37,994 nucleotides of DNA from Pseudomonadota bacterium (GTDB lineage Bacteria > Bdellovibrionota_C > UBA2361). The notes beneath the pieces were generated by a model. The model was not told where the DNA came from and did not search any database. It worked only from the letters and a program-made list of their open reading frames with translations. The position numbers were made by a program, and so were the translations under genes. This document shows positions 8,014 to 17,198 of the stretch, in pieces (the stretch's first letter is position 1; each line of letters starts with the position of its first letter). The stretch covers positions 1-37,994 of the forward strand of contig JBJOHD010000194.1 in NCBI GenBank assembly GCA_046047875.1, in the 5' to 3' direction.

Positions 8014-8569
8014 TACACCAACCTACTGATTTTATTGCATCTTTGCGACTTCCGCCGGGGCACTGCTCGGCTGCTCGTCAGGCGACCACCGTTGACCTTG
8101 CCCGTACGCTGGGATGGGCCATAATCGGGGAAAGCAAACCCCGGGGCTACACTCTCATGCGGCCCCAGGGCGACCACGTGGATAGCTGCACGTGCAAATC
8201 CGGAGGGAAACCCCCGGAGTTGGCCCAGAACGTTTCAAATGAGCACGGTGGATCTCACACGAAACGTCGTATGCGGCGGAAAATCGCCACGGAGGGCTGT
8301 TTTCCGACTATGTTTCATGGCGAGCGAAACGAGCTTCATGAAATATACAGGCGAGGCAGGGTAGTGGTATATTCCACTCTCACCGAACCGTCCCGGATTA
8401 TCCGCTCCGCACTAAAGCGAGCGCTCGATATCCCGGATGGTTGATTATCGAGTATGCGGGCCGGTCTTACCGTTTGACCTGTGCCGCGAGAACGCTTGTC
8501 GAGCTCGGAAAGCGATCGAGCTAAGCGGCAAAAGACTATTTGATGACATAATCGCGCGGTACTACTTTC

Positions 8570-11293
8570 ATGCTCACCTACGTCGCAAAGAAAATCTTCG
8601 GCACTCGAAACGATCGAATCCTTAAATCGCTCCGGCCGCTCGTGAATCGGGTCGGGGAGCTTGAATCCACCTACCAAACGATGGATGACGCAGCGCTCCG
8701 TCAGCAGACCGCGCTTTTTCGTGAGCGGGTAGCACGGGGCGAACCCCTCGATAGTCTCCAAGCGGAGGCTTTCGCCGTCGTTCGAGAGGGAGCTCGCCGC
8801 GCCCTCGGTATGCGTCACTTCGACGTACAACTTATCGGTGGTGCGGTGCTTCACAGCGGCAAAATAGCTGAGATGAAAACCGGGGAGGGGAAAACCCTTG
8901 TGGCAACTCTGCCCGCCTACCTCAACGCCCTCACCGGAAAAGGGGTTCACGTCGTCACCGTTAACGACTACCTCGCCCGCCGTGACTCCGAATGGATGGG
9001 CCGTCTTTACAACTTTCTCGGTCTCTCGGTAGGTGTCGTCTACGCGGGCCTCGATGAGGCAACAAAGCGCGCCGCTTACACCTCTGATATCACCTACGGA
9101 CAGAACAACGAATTCGGCTTCGACTATCTGCGCGATAATATGAAGTTCTCGGCGGGCGACATGTTTCAACGGGGACATGCTTTTGCCATCGTTGACGAGG
9201 TCGATTCGATCCTCATCGATGAAGCGCGAACTCCGCTGATTATCTCCGGGCCTGCGGACGATCCGACCGACGAATATTATACGATCAACAGGATAATCCC
9301 CCACCTGAAGAAGGGGGAGCATTTCGAGATGGATCTCAAGACGAAGCAGCCCTCCCTCACTGAGGCTGGAGTAGCTCACGCCGAGAAACTCCTCGGCGTC
9401 GAAAACCTCTACGACCCAAGCAGTATCGAGACACTGCATCACGTCACTCAGGGGCTGCGAGCTCATACCACGATGGAGCGGGACGTGGATTACGTCGTGA
9501 AAGACGGTCAGGTTATTATCGTCGATGAGTTCACCGGCCGGCTCATGCCGGGCAGGCGGTGGTCGAACGGTCTCCATCAAGCGGTGGAGGCGAAGGAGGG
9601 GCTGAAGATCGCCCGGGAGAATCAAACCCTCGCCTCCATCACCTTCCAGAACTATTTCCGGATGTACTCGAAGTTGTCGGGGATGACCGGGACTGCCGAC
9701 ACCGAAGCGGTTGAATTCAAGCAGATCTACAACCTCGAAGTAGTAGCGATCCCCACCAATATGCCGATGGTGCGGGATGACCAAAGCGATAAGGTGTATC
9801 GCACCCGGAAGGAGAAGTACCAAGCGGTCGTAGACGATATTACCGAGATTTCAAAAACCGGACAGCCGATACTTGTCGGCACGATCAGCATTGAGCAGAG
9901 TGAATCCCTCGCACGCTTTCTTAAAGAGCGAGGCATTCCGCACAACGTCCTCAACGCGAAGCAACACGAACGGGAAGCGGAGATTGTGGCGCAAGCTGGG
10001 CGTCTCGGCGCGGTCACGATTTCAACGAATATGGCTGGACGGGGCACCGATATCGTCCTGGGCGGCAACCCAGAGTTCCTCGCGCAAGCAGAGGCTCAGA
10101 CGAAAGATCGCACCGATTCGGCTTTTCAATCCGCTCTTGAGAAGTTTCGAGCTCAATGCCGCAAAGAAAAGGAAGCGGTGCTTGAGGCAGGGGGCCTCTT
10201 CATCATGGGGACTGAGCGCCATGAGTCCCGCCGAATCGACAACCAGCTCCGTGGTCGCGCAGGCCGCCAAGGCGATCCTGGAACATCCCGTTTCTACGTG
10301 TCACTCGAGGACGACCTCATGCTCCGCTTCGGCGGCGATCGGATGCAGGCGCTGATGCAAAAGCTCGGCTGGGAAGAGGGAATGGCTATCGACGGCAGCC
10401 TTATCAGCCGTTCGATCGAAAATGCGCAGAAACGGGTCGAAGGCTTCCACTTCGACAGCCGTAAACACGTCACCGAATACGACGACGTGATGAACAAGCA
10501 ACGGCAGGTTATCTACGGACTGCGCAACCGCGTCTTAAACAACGAACACCTCCGTGAGGAGATCATGACCCTTGTGGACGATCTCATCGAGGATGCGGTG
10601 TTCAATGCGTGCGAAGAGAAGGTTCGCCCGACCGATTGGAATTTAAAGCAGCTCGGGGGGCGATTCGAGTTTCTGTTTGCGATTAAGGATGGGCTCAAGC
10701 ACGATATCGAGCTCGACCACCAGAAGATCTTCGATCATCTGCGGAGCGTCGCCCGCGAGGAATATGCCGCCCGCTCGGAGCGGACGAACACGCGTCTCCG
10801 TGAAATCGACGCCATTTTTAAACAGCAGAACCCAAACTTCGTCGTGGGAGACTTCAGCTCGATACAGCAGTCGACCTTCCTCGAGCTCCTTGATCATCTC
10901 TGGAATATGCACTTGCACGAGATGGATCATCTCCGCGAAGGGATCGGCTGGCGAGGCATGGGGCAGAAAAACCCGCTCCATGAATATCAACGCGAAGCGT
11001 TTGTTCTCTTCCAAGAGCTCATGATGACGCTCCGCGAGCAGGTCGTTCGAAGACTTTATTACTACCATGCCCCGGATCCTCGCGAGCTCGTGGCACACTT
11101 TGAGGCCGAAAAACAGCGTCGCGAGGCGGTTGAGGAGAATATGCAGCTCGTCCACCCGGCGGCTACGGCAGAGGAGCAAGCCGATCAGCCAGCGCCGAAC
11201 GGAAACGGCGCGGCACCGGCAAAGTCCGTAGGGGATGAGCGGGCGCGGCTCGAGGCACAGCGGAAGGCTCGGCGGCAGCAATCACGGCGCTAA
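8570..11293 (+). CDS. secA: Preprotein translocase ATPase SecA
   Basis: EMKTGEGKT, DEVDSILIDEARTPLIISG, TNMAGRGTDI, HESRRIDNQLRGRAGRQGDPG. Confidence 0.99.
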   Translation: MLTYVAKKIFGTRNDRILKSLRPLVNRVGELESTYQTMDDAALRQQTALFRERVARGEPLDSLQAEAFAVVREGARRALGMRHFDVQLIGGAVLHSGKIAEMKTGEGKTLVATLPAYLNALTGKGVHVVTVNDYLARRDSEWMGRLYNFLGLSVGVVYAGLDEATKRAAYTSDITYGQNNEFGFDYLRDNMKFSAGDMFQRGHAFAIVDEVDSILIDEARTPLIISGPADDPTDEYYTINRIIPHLKKGEHFEMDLKTKQPSLTEAGVAHAEKLLGVENLYDPSSIETLHHVTQGLRAHTTMERDVDYVVKDGQVIIVDEFTGRLMPGRRWSNGLHQAVEAKEGLKIARENQTLASITFQNYFRMYSKLSGMTGTADTEAVEFKQIYNLEVVAIPTNMPMVRDDQSDKVYRTRKEKYQAVVDDITEISKTGQPILVGTISIEQSESLARFLKERGIPHNVLNAKQHEREAEIVAQAGRLGAVTISTNMAGRGTDIVLGGNPEFLAQAEAQTKDRTDSAFQSALEKFRAQCRKEKEAVLEAGGLFIMGTERHESRRIDNQLRGRAGRQGDPGTSRFYVSLEDDLMLRFGGDRMQALMQKLGWEEGMAIDGSLISRSIENAQKRVEGFHFDSRKHVTEYDDVMNKQRQVIYGLRNRVLNNEHLREEIMTLVDDLIEDAVFNACEEKVRPTDWNLKQLGGRFEFLFAIKDGLKHDIELDHQKIFDHLRSVAREEYAARSERTNTRLREIDAIFKQQNPNFVVGDFSSIQQSTFLELLDHLWNMHLHEMDHLREGIGWRGMGQKNPLHEYQREAFVLFQELMMTLREQVVRRLYYYHAPDPRELVAHFEAEKQRREAVEENMQLVHPAATAEEQADQPAPNGNGAAPAKSVGDERARLEAQRKARRQQSRR

Positions 11294-11312
11294 CACCCCG
11301 CCGCCGCTCGGT

Positions 11313-11342
11313 TCGACACCTCCGCGATCTTTGGGCTATAAT
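11313..11342 (+). promoter_or_regulatory. Sigma70-type promoter for hemW
   Basis: TCGACA (11313-11318), 18-bp spacer, TATAAT (11337-11342). The ATG is only 8 nt downstream. Confidence 0.55.
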
Positions 11343-11350
11343 CCCGCCGC

Positions 11351-12574
11351 ATGCGGCCCTTTTCGCTCTACATTCATATTCCGTACTGCTTTCACAAGTG
11401 CCCGTATTGTGACTTCAATACGTACGCTGTTCCACGGATGCCGGAAGAGGAGTACATCACGGCGCTTCTCGCCGAGCTTGATGCGCGTGCGGCGACCCCT
11501 CATTTTAAAGGGCGCCGGGTTCAGAGCGTCTATTTCGGTGGAGGGACCCCCTCGCTTCTTTCGACTCGCGGAGTTGAGCGGATCCTTGAACGGGTCCGTA
11601 ATTCGTTCGATTGGGAGCGAGGCATGGAGATCTCGCTCGAAACTAATCCAGGCGGGGTTACCGCTGAGCTCTTTAGCGGTTATCGCGCTGCGGGTGTAAA
11701 CCGCTTAAGCTTCGGCGCCCAATCGCTCAACCGATCGACCCTGCGCGCCCTCGGCCGGATTCATACTCCAGAGCAGATCGAGGAGGCGGTCCGCACCGCG
11801 CAGCAAGCCGGCTTCCCCAACCTGAGTATCGACCTGATGTTCGGTGCCCCCGAGCAAACCCTCGCGGATCTGGAGGAAGACATCCGGGGGGCCGCCGCCC
11901 TAAAGCCAAGCCATATCTCAACCTATGGTCTCACGATTGAGAAGGGCACACCGTTCTTCGTAGCGCACAAACGGGGGGCGCTAAAACTCCCACCCGAGGA
12001 GCTTGTAGCCGAAATGCTTGAACGAGCGACCGCACTGCTCGACGAACTCGGGTACCGCCGCTATGAGATCAGCAACTATGCCCACCCCGGCTTCGAGGCC
12101 CATCATAACTTGGCGTATTGGAACGGGGATGACTATCTCGGGCTCGGAGCGGGAGCACACAGCTACGTTCGGGCACAGGCGCCGACTGGGGCGTGCTGGG
12201 GGGAACGCTGGTCAAACTACGCGGTTCCAGCGAGCTATATGGCCGAGGCCCAGAATAAGGGTTGTGCGGCTTCATGGACCGATACGGTGGATCGACGCGG
12301 CGCAATGTTTGAGTTTTTCTTCTTAGGACTTCGAAAGATAGCGGGGGTCTCCCTCGCTGATTTCGAGCGGATCTTTACGATCGCCCCGCACACCGTGTAC
12401 GGAGAGCAGTTTCGCGTGTTGGTAGGCCATAAGCTTCTGCAAATCAGCGGTGATATGGTACGGTTATCCCCACGGGGGCTGATGGTGGCAGACTCGGTGA
12501 TTGAGAACTTCGCTGAGCCGGAACTGTCCGCGGCCGCACCGACCAAAAGCAGTACGAAGGAAGCAACGCTATGA
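11351..12574 (+). CDS. hemW: Radical SAM heme chaperone HemW (HemN-like)
   Basis: YIHIPYCFHKCPYCDFN, YFGGGTPS, YEISNY and HNLAYW motifs. Lacks the HemN N-terminal extension. Confidence 0.93.
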   Translation: MRPFSLYIHIPYCFHKCPYCDFNTYAVPRMPEEEYITALLAELDARAATPHFKGRRVQSVYFGGGTPSLLSTRGVERILERVRNSFDWERGMEISLETNPGGVTAELFSGYRAAGVNRLSFGAQSLNRSTLRALGRIHTPEQIEEAVRTAQQAGFPNLSIDLMFGAPEQTLADLEEDIRGAAALKPSHISTYGLTIEKGTPFFVAHKRGALKLPPEELVAEMLERATALLDELGYRRYEISNYAHPGFEAHHNLAYWNGDDYLGLGAGAHSYVRAQAPTGACWGERWSNYAVPASYMAEAQNKGCAASWTDTVDRRGAMFEFFFLGLRKIAGVSLADFERIFTIAPHTVYGEQFRVLVGHKLLQISGDMVRLSPRGLMVADSVIENFAEPELSAAAPTKSSTKEATL

Positions 12575-13641
12575 GCGAGACCACACACCCCTCCTTCTGC
12601 GCCGCGTGCGGCGGATCTCTTCCGGGAGGGGCTAAGTTCTGCCCCGCCTGCGGTACGCCGGCCGGGAGAACCAAGAAGCCTAAGATGGTGATCTTCCCCC
12701 GGCACATTGCGACGGTGCTCGCCACCGCGGCGGTTGTCTTCGGCTTCGCGTGGAGCGCTCAAAAGAAACTCGCCGGCGAAAAACCGACCGGTCACTTTCA
12801 AAGCATGGCTGAGCCGCCCAGCGCCAGCCTCTCCCCGGAGCTTAAAAAGCTCGTCGAGGCGGCTCGCTCTCGCCCCGATGACCTTGCCGGCTGGAAGATC
12901 CTCACCGGCGCCCTGGTGCGTGAACTCCAAAGCGCGGAGCGCCCCTCGACCGAGATTATCTTCGAATCGATGGATGCGCTCACCAACGTCCTCCGCTTAA
13001 ATCCCAAGGACCCCGACGCACTAATCGCTTTCGCCGATCTATCATTCAATCAGCAGGTCTTCGACAAAGCGATCGGCCTCTATGAGCGTTACCTCACGGA
13101 GCAACCCGAGGACCTGAGCGCCCGAAGCCGCTACGCGAGCTCTCTTGCTTTTGTGCAGCGCTATCCCGACGCGGTGAAGGAGCTCCGAGCTGTTCTCACC
13201 AAGGACCCTGCCAACTTTCACGCCGCGGCTTATCTGGCGATTACCTACGCCCAGATGGGCGAGAAGAGTGAAGCGCTCGCGACAGGAGAGCGTGCGTTGA
13301 CGCTGGCCCCCTCAGATGAGGCGCGCGCCCGGTTCAGCGATTTCTTAAAGACGGTAAAGAGCGACCCTCCATCCGAGCCCGCCGCTCTGCGGAAAGCCGA
13401 ACCGGCAGTGGTGCAGTTCCTCAAGAATAATCCGATTGCGGGTCCTAAGTTCGATCGCTTCGAGGAGCGCGGGGGGGAACTTAAGGTTTTTTTCCGGGAT
13501 TTCCCGATGGAGCAGATGCCGCCTTTTGCAAAGGATAAGTTCCTTGGTGGTGTAAAGGGCGCCGCCCAAGGACTCTCCAGCGTCGTATTTATCGATGCCT
13601 CCTCAGGAAAGCAGCTCGAGCGGCTCGACCTCACAAAGTAA
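12571..13641 (+). CDS. Zinc-ribbon + TM + TPR protein (CcmI/CycH-like TPR region)
   Basis: CAACG..AKFCPACG zinc ribbon, one TM helix, then several TPRs (PDDLAGW, NPKDPDAL, DPANFHA). ATGA overlap with hemW. Confidence 0.8.
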   Translation: MSETTHPSFCAACGGSLPGGAKFCPACGTPAGRTKKPKMVIFPRHIATVLATAAVVFGFAWSAQKKLAGEKPTGHFQSMAEPPSASLSPELKKLVEAARSRPDDLAGWKILTGALVRELQSAERPSTEIIFESMDALTNVLRLNPKDPDALIAFADLSFNQQVFDKAIGLYERYLTEQPEDLSARSRYASSLAFVQRYPDAVKELRAVLTKDPANFHAAAYLAITYAQMGEKSEALATGERALTLAPSDEARARFSDFLKTVKSDPPSEPAALRKAEPAVVQFLKNNPIAGPKFDRFEERGGELKVFFRDFPMEQMPPFAKDKFLGGVKGAAQGLSSVVFIDASSGKQLERLDLTK

Positions 13642-13662
13642 GGGGGCGATCCCCTCACGGCT

Positions 13663-14262
13663 TTAGGCGAGACGAAGAGAGAGGAGCCACAACCCGTACA
13701 CGATGCCGAGCGGGAGAGTCCTCCGTTTCATCTCCCCCCATTGCGGCCGCGCGGCGCTATCGAATCCCCGGAAACATAACTGCAGCCCCAGCACCACCCA
13801 CCCCCAAAAGAAAATATGCGAGAGAAGTTGAAAGGGGGGATTTACCTTCTGGGCTGCCGCTGGGCTCACCTGATATAGGTTGGGGCCGCGGAGGATCGCA
13901 AGGTTCTCTCGCGCCCAAGCGAGCACATCAGCTCGCTCAGCCCTGAAGGCGCTAAAAGGATGACGCCCCGATCGAAGCGCACTCACAAGGAGCTCAAATC
14001 CACGTATCTTCTCAGCAGGAGATCGGCGCTCATCCCGAAGCGCTCGATCAAACTCGGCTACAGCAACATCGGCGTACTTATTTCCGTAGAAATCCCATCG
14101 TATCGCCTCCCCGTATCGGTCGAATGCAGCGAGGATCTCCCCCTGAGTAAGCGCCACCCGTGCGGCAGCAAGCGCCCGATTCGACTCTAACACCGCTCGA
14201 CCGACCACCGGAGCGAGACAGATAAACACCACCAGGAAACCGATCACAACACGCCGCAGCAC
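13663..14262 (-). CDS. Hypothetical membrane protein (N-terminal TM and two C-terminal TMs)
   Basis: GTG start preceded by AAGGAG. Fills the gap between genes and has clear hydrophobic segments. Confidence 0.7.
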   Translation of the reverse strand: MLRRVVIGFLVVFICLAPVVGRAVLESNRALAAARVALTQGEILAAFDRYGEAIRWDFYGNKYADVAVAEFDRALRDERRSPAEKIRGFELLVSALRSGRHPFSAFRAERADVLAWARENLAILRGPNLYQVSPAAAQKVNPPFQLLSHIFFWGWVVLGLQLCFRGFDSAARPQWGEMKRRTLPLGIVYGLWLLSLRLA

Positions 14263-14333
14263 CGCTCTGTCTCCTTCTCAAACACCCCGAGCATACCACG
14301 CACGGCTCACCCCCGTCACAGAGACGAAGCGTC

Positions 14334-15293
14334 TCAATGCTCGGTAAAGAGACCCGCCGAATCACTCCCTTTCCCTCCGAAATCAACGAAGGGGGCGTAC
14401 TGCCTGGAATCCTCCGCCTCAAAGAGCTTATCGCCCCGCTCAAGGCGAAGCGACGCGATCTGTTCAGCGATGAGGCCCAAGAGAAAGACGATAACCGAAG
14501 AATTGATCAGGAGGTGCGCCATATTCGTAAAGGTATGCTCGGTGAGATAGGTGTACGCGTACCGCGCTAGCCCTAGGAAAAACAGGAAGGAGCTCACCGG
14601 GAGAAAGACCCGAAGCGGGGAATACATCATCGCGATCTTGACTATAATAACGAAGAATTCGACCCCATCGTGAAGGAGGCGGATCTTGCTCATGCCCGAA
14701 CGCGCCCGCGTTGTTATCGGCACGTACCGCACCGAGCGGCCGGAGCGAATAAACGCCAAGGTTGATGTGGTGGGGTACGAAAATCTGTTCGGGAACATAT
14801 CACAGAATCGAAGAGCGTCTTGCCGCCGCATCGCTCGAAAACCGCTCGTTAGATCCTCGATGGTGAAGCTCGCAAGAAAAGAGGCGAAGCGATTATAGAC
14901 CCAATTCGCCGCATCACGATGCTTCGAGGTTTGAGAGCCCTTCTGCCGTGCGCCGACAACCATATGGTACTGAGGAATGAATGTAAGGAGGCGGGGGATG
15001 TCGCGGGGATCGTGCTGCCCATCTCCATCGAGAAACACGACGACGCGACCCCGCGCCGAGCGGATCCCGGTTTTTACCGCGGCACCGTTGCCTATATTGT
15101 ACGGATGCGAGATGACCCGGGCACCCGCAGCACTCGCCATGTGCGCTGTCTCATCGGTGCTCCCATCATCGATAACAAGGATCTCGGTCTGCGGAAGCTC
15201 AAGCGCTTGAATCGCCCCCACGACGTCGCCTATTCCCTTCTCCTCGTTAAAGGTGGGCACGATGATCGACAAAAGGGTCTCACGTTCGTTCAT
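14334..15293 (-). CDS. Glycosyltransferase family 2 (DPM1/polyprenol-phosphate glycosyltransferase-like)
   Basis: IIVPTFNE, IDDGSTDET, DGDGQH, DLTSGFR motifs and two C-terminal TMs. Confidence 0.93.
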   Translation of the reverse strand: MNERETLLSIIVPTFNEEKGIGDVVGAIQALELPQTEILVIDDGSTDETAHMASAAGARVISHPYNIGNGAAVKTGIRSARGRVVVFLDGDGQHDPRDIPRLLTFIPQYHMVVGARQKGSQTSKHRDAANWVYNRFASFLASFTIEDLTSGFRAMRRQDALRFCDMFPNRFSYPTTSTLAFIRSGRSVRYVPITTRARSGMSKIRLLHDGVEFFVIIVKIAMMYSPLRVFLPVSSFLFFLGLARYAYTYLTEHTFTNMAHLLINSSVIVFLLGLIAEQIASLRLERGDKLFEAEDSRQYAPFVDFGGKGSDSAGLFTEH

Positions 15294-15550
15294 AAGGCGG
15301 CGGGCTGTTATCTTTGAGCGGAGCAGCAAAAAACTACGGCCTCCGGGCGCCGTACTCGATTAAGATGCTATCTTCACCCCTGAAAATCTTCACTTTTTTA
15401 CTCACCGACGGTGGATAACCGCCCCAACTATCCGTAACCCCTTACTAAAACAAATATGATGCTGTTTATATTAATTTAATCGTATTTTATACTATCTTTC
15501 GCTACAATTAATCTTATTGTCTTCATTTTTATCTTACTGCTAGGAACATT

Positions 15551-16990
15551 ATGGCTCCGGTCGAACTGAGAAACTTCCTCGAGATCCCCTACGATGAGCT
15601 TGAGGATAAGAACCTCGAGGCGAAACGCAAAGTTGAAAAGCGAACCCCGGAAAACGAGCTCAAAGACTTCTATCTAAAGTACCTCCACGAGGAGAAGCGG
15701 CTCAAAGCGGTAACGGTGTGCTTCTCCGACATCGAGGGCCGCTTTCACATGCTCGACTACGATAAGAAGTTCCTTCTCTCTTCGTACGACAACCTCACCT
15801 TCGACGGCTCCTCGATCCGGGGATTCTCGGTGGTAAAGGAGTCCGATCTCCGGCTCGAGATCGACTGGGGTTCGTTCCGCTGGCTGCCGAGCGATGTATT
15901 CGGTCCGGGCAAGGTCATCGTCTTCGCCTATATTAAAGACAAGGACGGCTCGCACTATCACTCCGACATGCGCGGGCGCTTAAAGCAGTATTGCGACAAA
16001 CTCGCTCAGCAGGGCATCACCGCGAATATCTCAGTTGAATGCGAGGGATTTCTCTTTGAAGGCATAAACGCTGAGCAGACCTTCAATTCACGTGAGGGAT
16101 TTAAGCTGGTCTCACGCGGTGGATACTTCAACTCGCTGCCGAAAGATCCTCTAAAACTCTTCATCGATACGCTCGCAGAAGCGCAGCGGGCCTTAGCATT
16201 TGAGAATGAGAAAGATCACCCCGAGGTCGCACCATCGCAATTCGAGCTTAACTACAAGTACTGCGATGCGCTCCTCGCAGCCGATCAGCTTCAACTCTAC
16301 AAGCTCGTCGCGCGTCAGGTCGCAGCAAACATGGGTATGACCGCATCTTTCCTGCCGAAACCGATCGCCGGAATCAACGGGAGCGGAATGCACTGCAATA
16401 TGTCGCTCTCTCGAAAAGGCAAAAACATCTTCTACGACGCGAAGGGGGAGGACAACCTCTCCACCGAAGCGTGGAGCTTCGTCGATCGACTCCTCAATAA
16501 CGCCAACGATATCTGTCTGATTTTAAACCCGAGTGTGAATGCCTATCGGCGGCTCGATCCCCACTTTGAGGCGCCGAATCAGATCAAGTCATCGGCTGTC
16601 GACCGAACTTCGATGGTGCGAATACCACTCGGCAACGAAAAATCCGCGCGAATCGAGGTGCGCACCGTCGCCCCGGACGCAAATCCGTATCTCTCCTTCC
16701 TCATCCTGCTCCAGACCGGACTTGAGGGTCCGATGACGGAGCAGATCTCCTCTGAGGCACGGCGTACCCGCACCCGCTTCCTCCCGGGCAACATTTACGA
16801 TGCAGCCCGGCTCTTTAAGGGGAGCGCCTTTATCGCTGAGATGATCGGTGAGGAAAATAAAGAAAAGTTCGTCGATAGAAAACTCGCATCGGCCGACCGC
16901 TGCCCTCGAGATCTCGGGACGATGGTGAAGACGAGCGAGATCCTCTTTCACCATGAGGTCACGAACCAGTATCTTTGGGCGCAATTCTAG
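15551..16990 (+). CDS. glnA: Glutamine synthetase type I
   Basis: FDGSSI, HPEVAPSQFE, FLPKPIAGINGSGMHCN, EAP, RIEVR..PDANPY motifs. SD AGGA. Confidence 0.92.
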   Translation: MAPVELRNFLEIPYDELEDKNLEAKRKVEKRTPENELKDFYLKYLHEEKRLKAVTVCFSDIEGRFHMLDYDKKFLLSSYDNLTFDGSSIRGFSVVKESDLRLEIDWGSFRWLPSDVFGPGKVIVFAYIKDKDGSHYHSDMRGRLKQYCDKLAQQGITANISVECEGFLFEGINAEQTFNSREGFKLVSRGGYFNSLPKDPLKLFIDTLAEAQRALAFENEKDHPEVAPSQFELNYKYCDALLAADQLQLYKLVARQVAANMGMTASFLPKPIAGINGSGMHCNMSLSRKGKNIFYDAKGEDNLSTEAWSFVDRLLNNANDICLILNPSVNAYRRLDPHFEAPNQIKSSAVDRTSMVRIPLGNEKSARIEVRTVAPDANPYLSFLILLQTGLEGPMTEQISSEARRTRTRFLPGNIYDAARLFKGSAFIAEMIGEENKEKFVDRKLASADRCPRDLGTMVKTSEILFHHEVTNQYLWAQF

Positions 16991-17006
16991 TCCTTCGACA
17001 AATAAG

Positions 17007-17032
17007 TTTTTTCACTCCCGCGGAGTGAAAAA
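17007..17032. terminator. Stem-loop terminator between convergent glnA and the TolB-like gene
   Basis: TTTTTCACTCC (17008-17018) pairs with GGAGTGAAAAA (17022-17032). Confidence 0.55.
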
Positions 17033-17198
17033 CTAACCCAGGACTAGTGGTGAGGATAAATTCTACTACCTTGCAGGTGAAAGAATTTAATGGTCGAACC
17101 ACTAGTCGGTCTCAGATTCTGCGATGAGGCGATGTCGGCCTCGGGGCTTACCCCTCACGGGGGCGCTTCGAGGCCGAACTATATTCGCCCACAACGGC

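Noticed and set aside
8043-8625. ORFs upstream of secA as a SecM-like arrest peptide
   Set aside because: No signal or TM segment, no RAPP/RAGP/RGP-type arrest motif, and no good SD.
8336-9823. 495-aa ORF antisense to secA
   Set aside because: Shadow ORF produced by codon bias of a conserved high-GC gene, with no recognisable motifs.
11351-12574. Radical SAM enzyme as a RiPP maturase
   Set aside because: Clear HemW motifs, no SPASM or RRE domain, and no adjacent precursor.
15405-15545. Possible oriC (DnaA-box-like TTATCCACC on the minus strand plus an AT-rich tract)
   Set aside because: Only one near-match box and no dnaA/dnaN context. Better explained as the glnA promoter.
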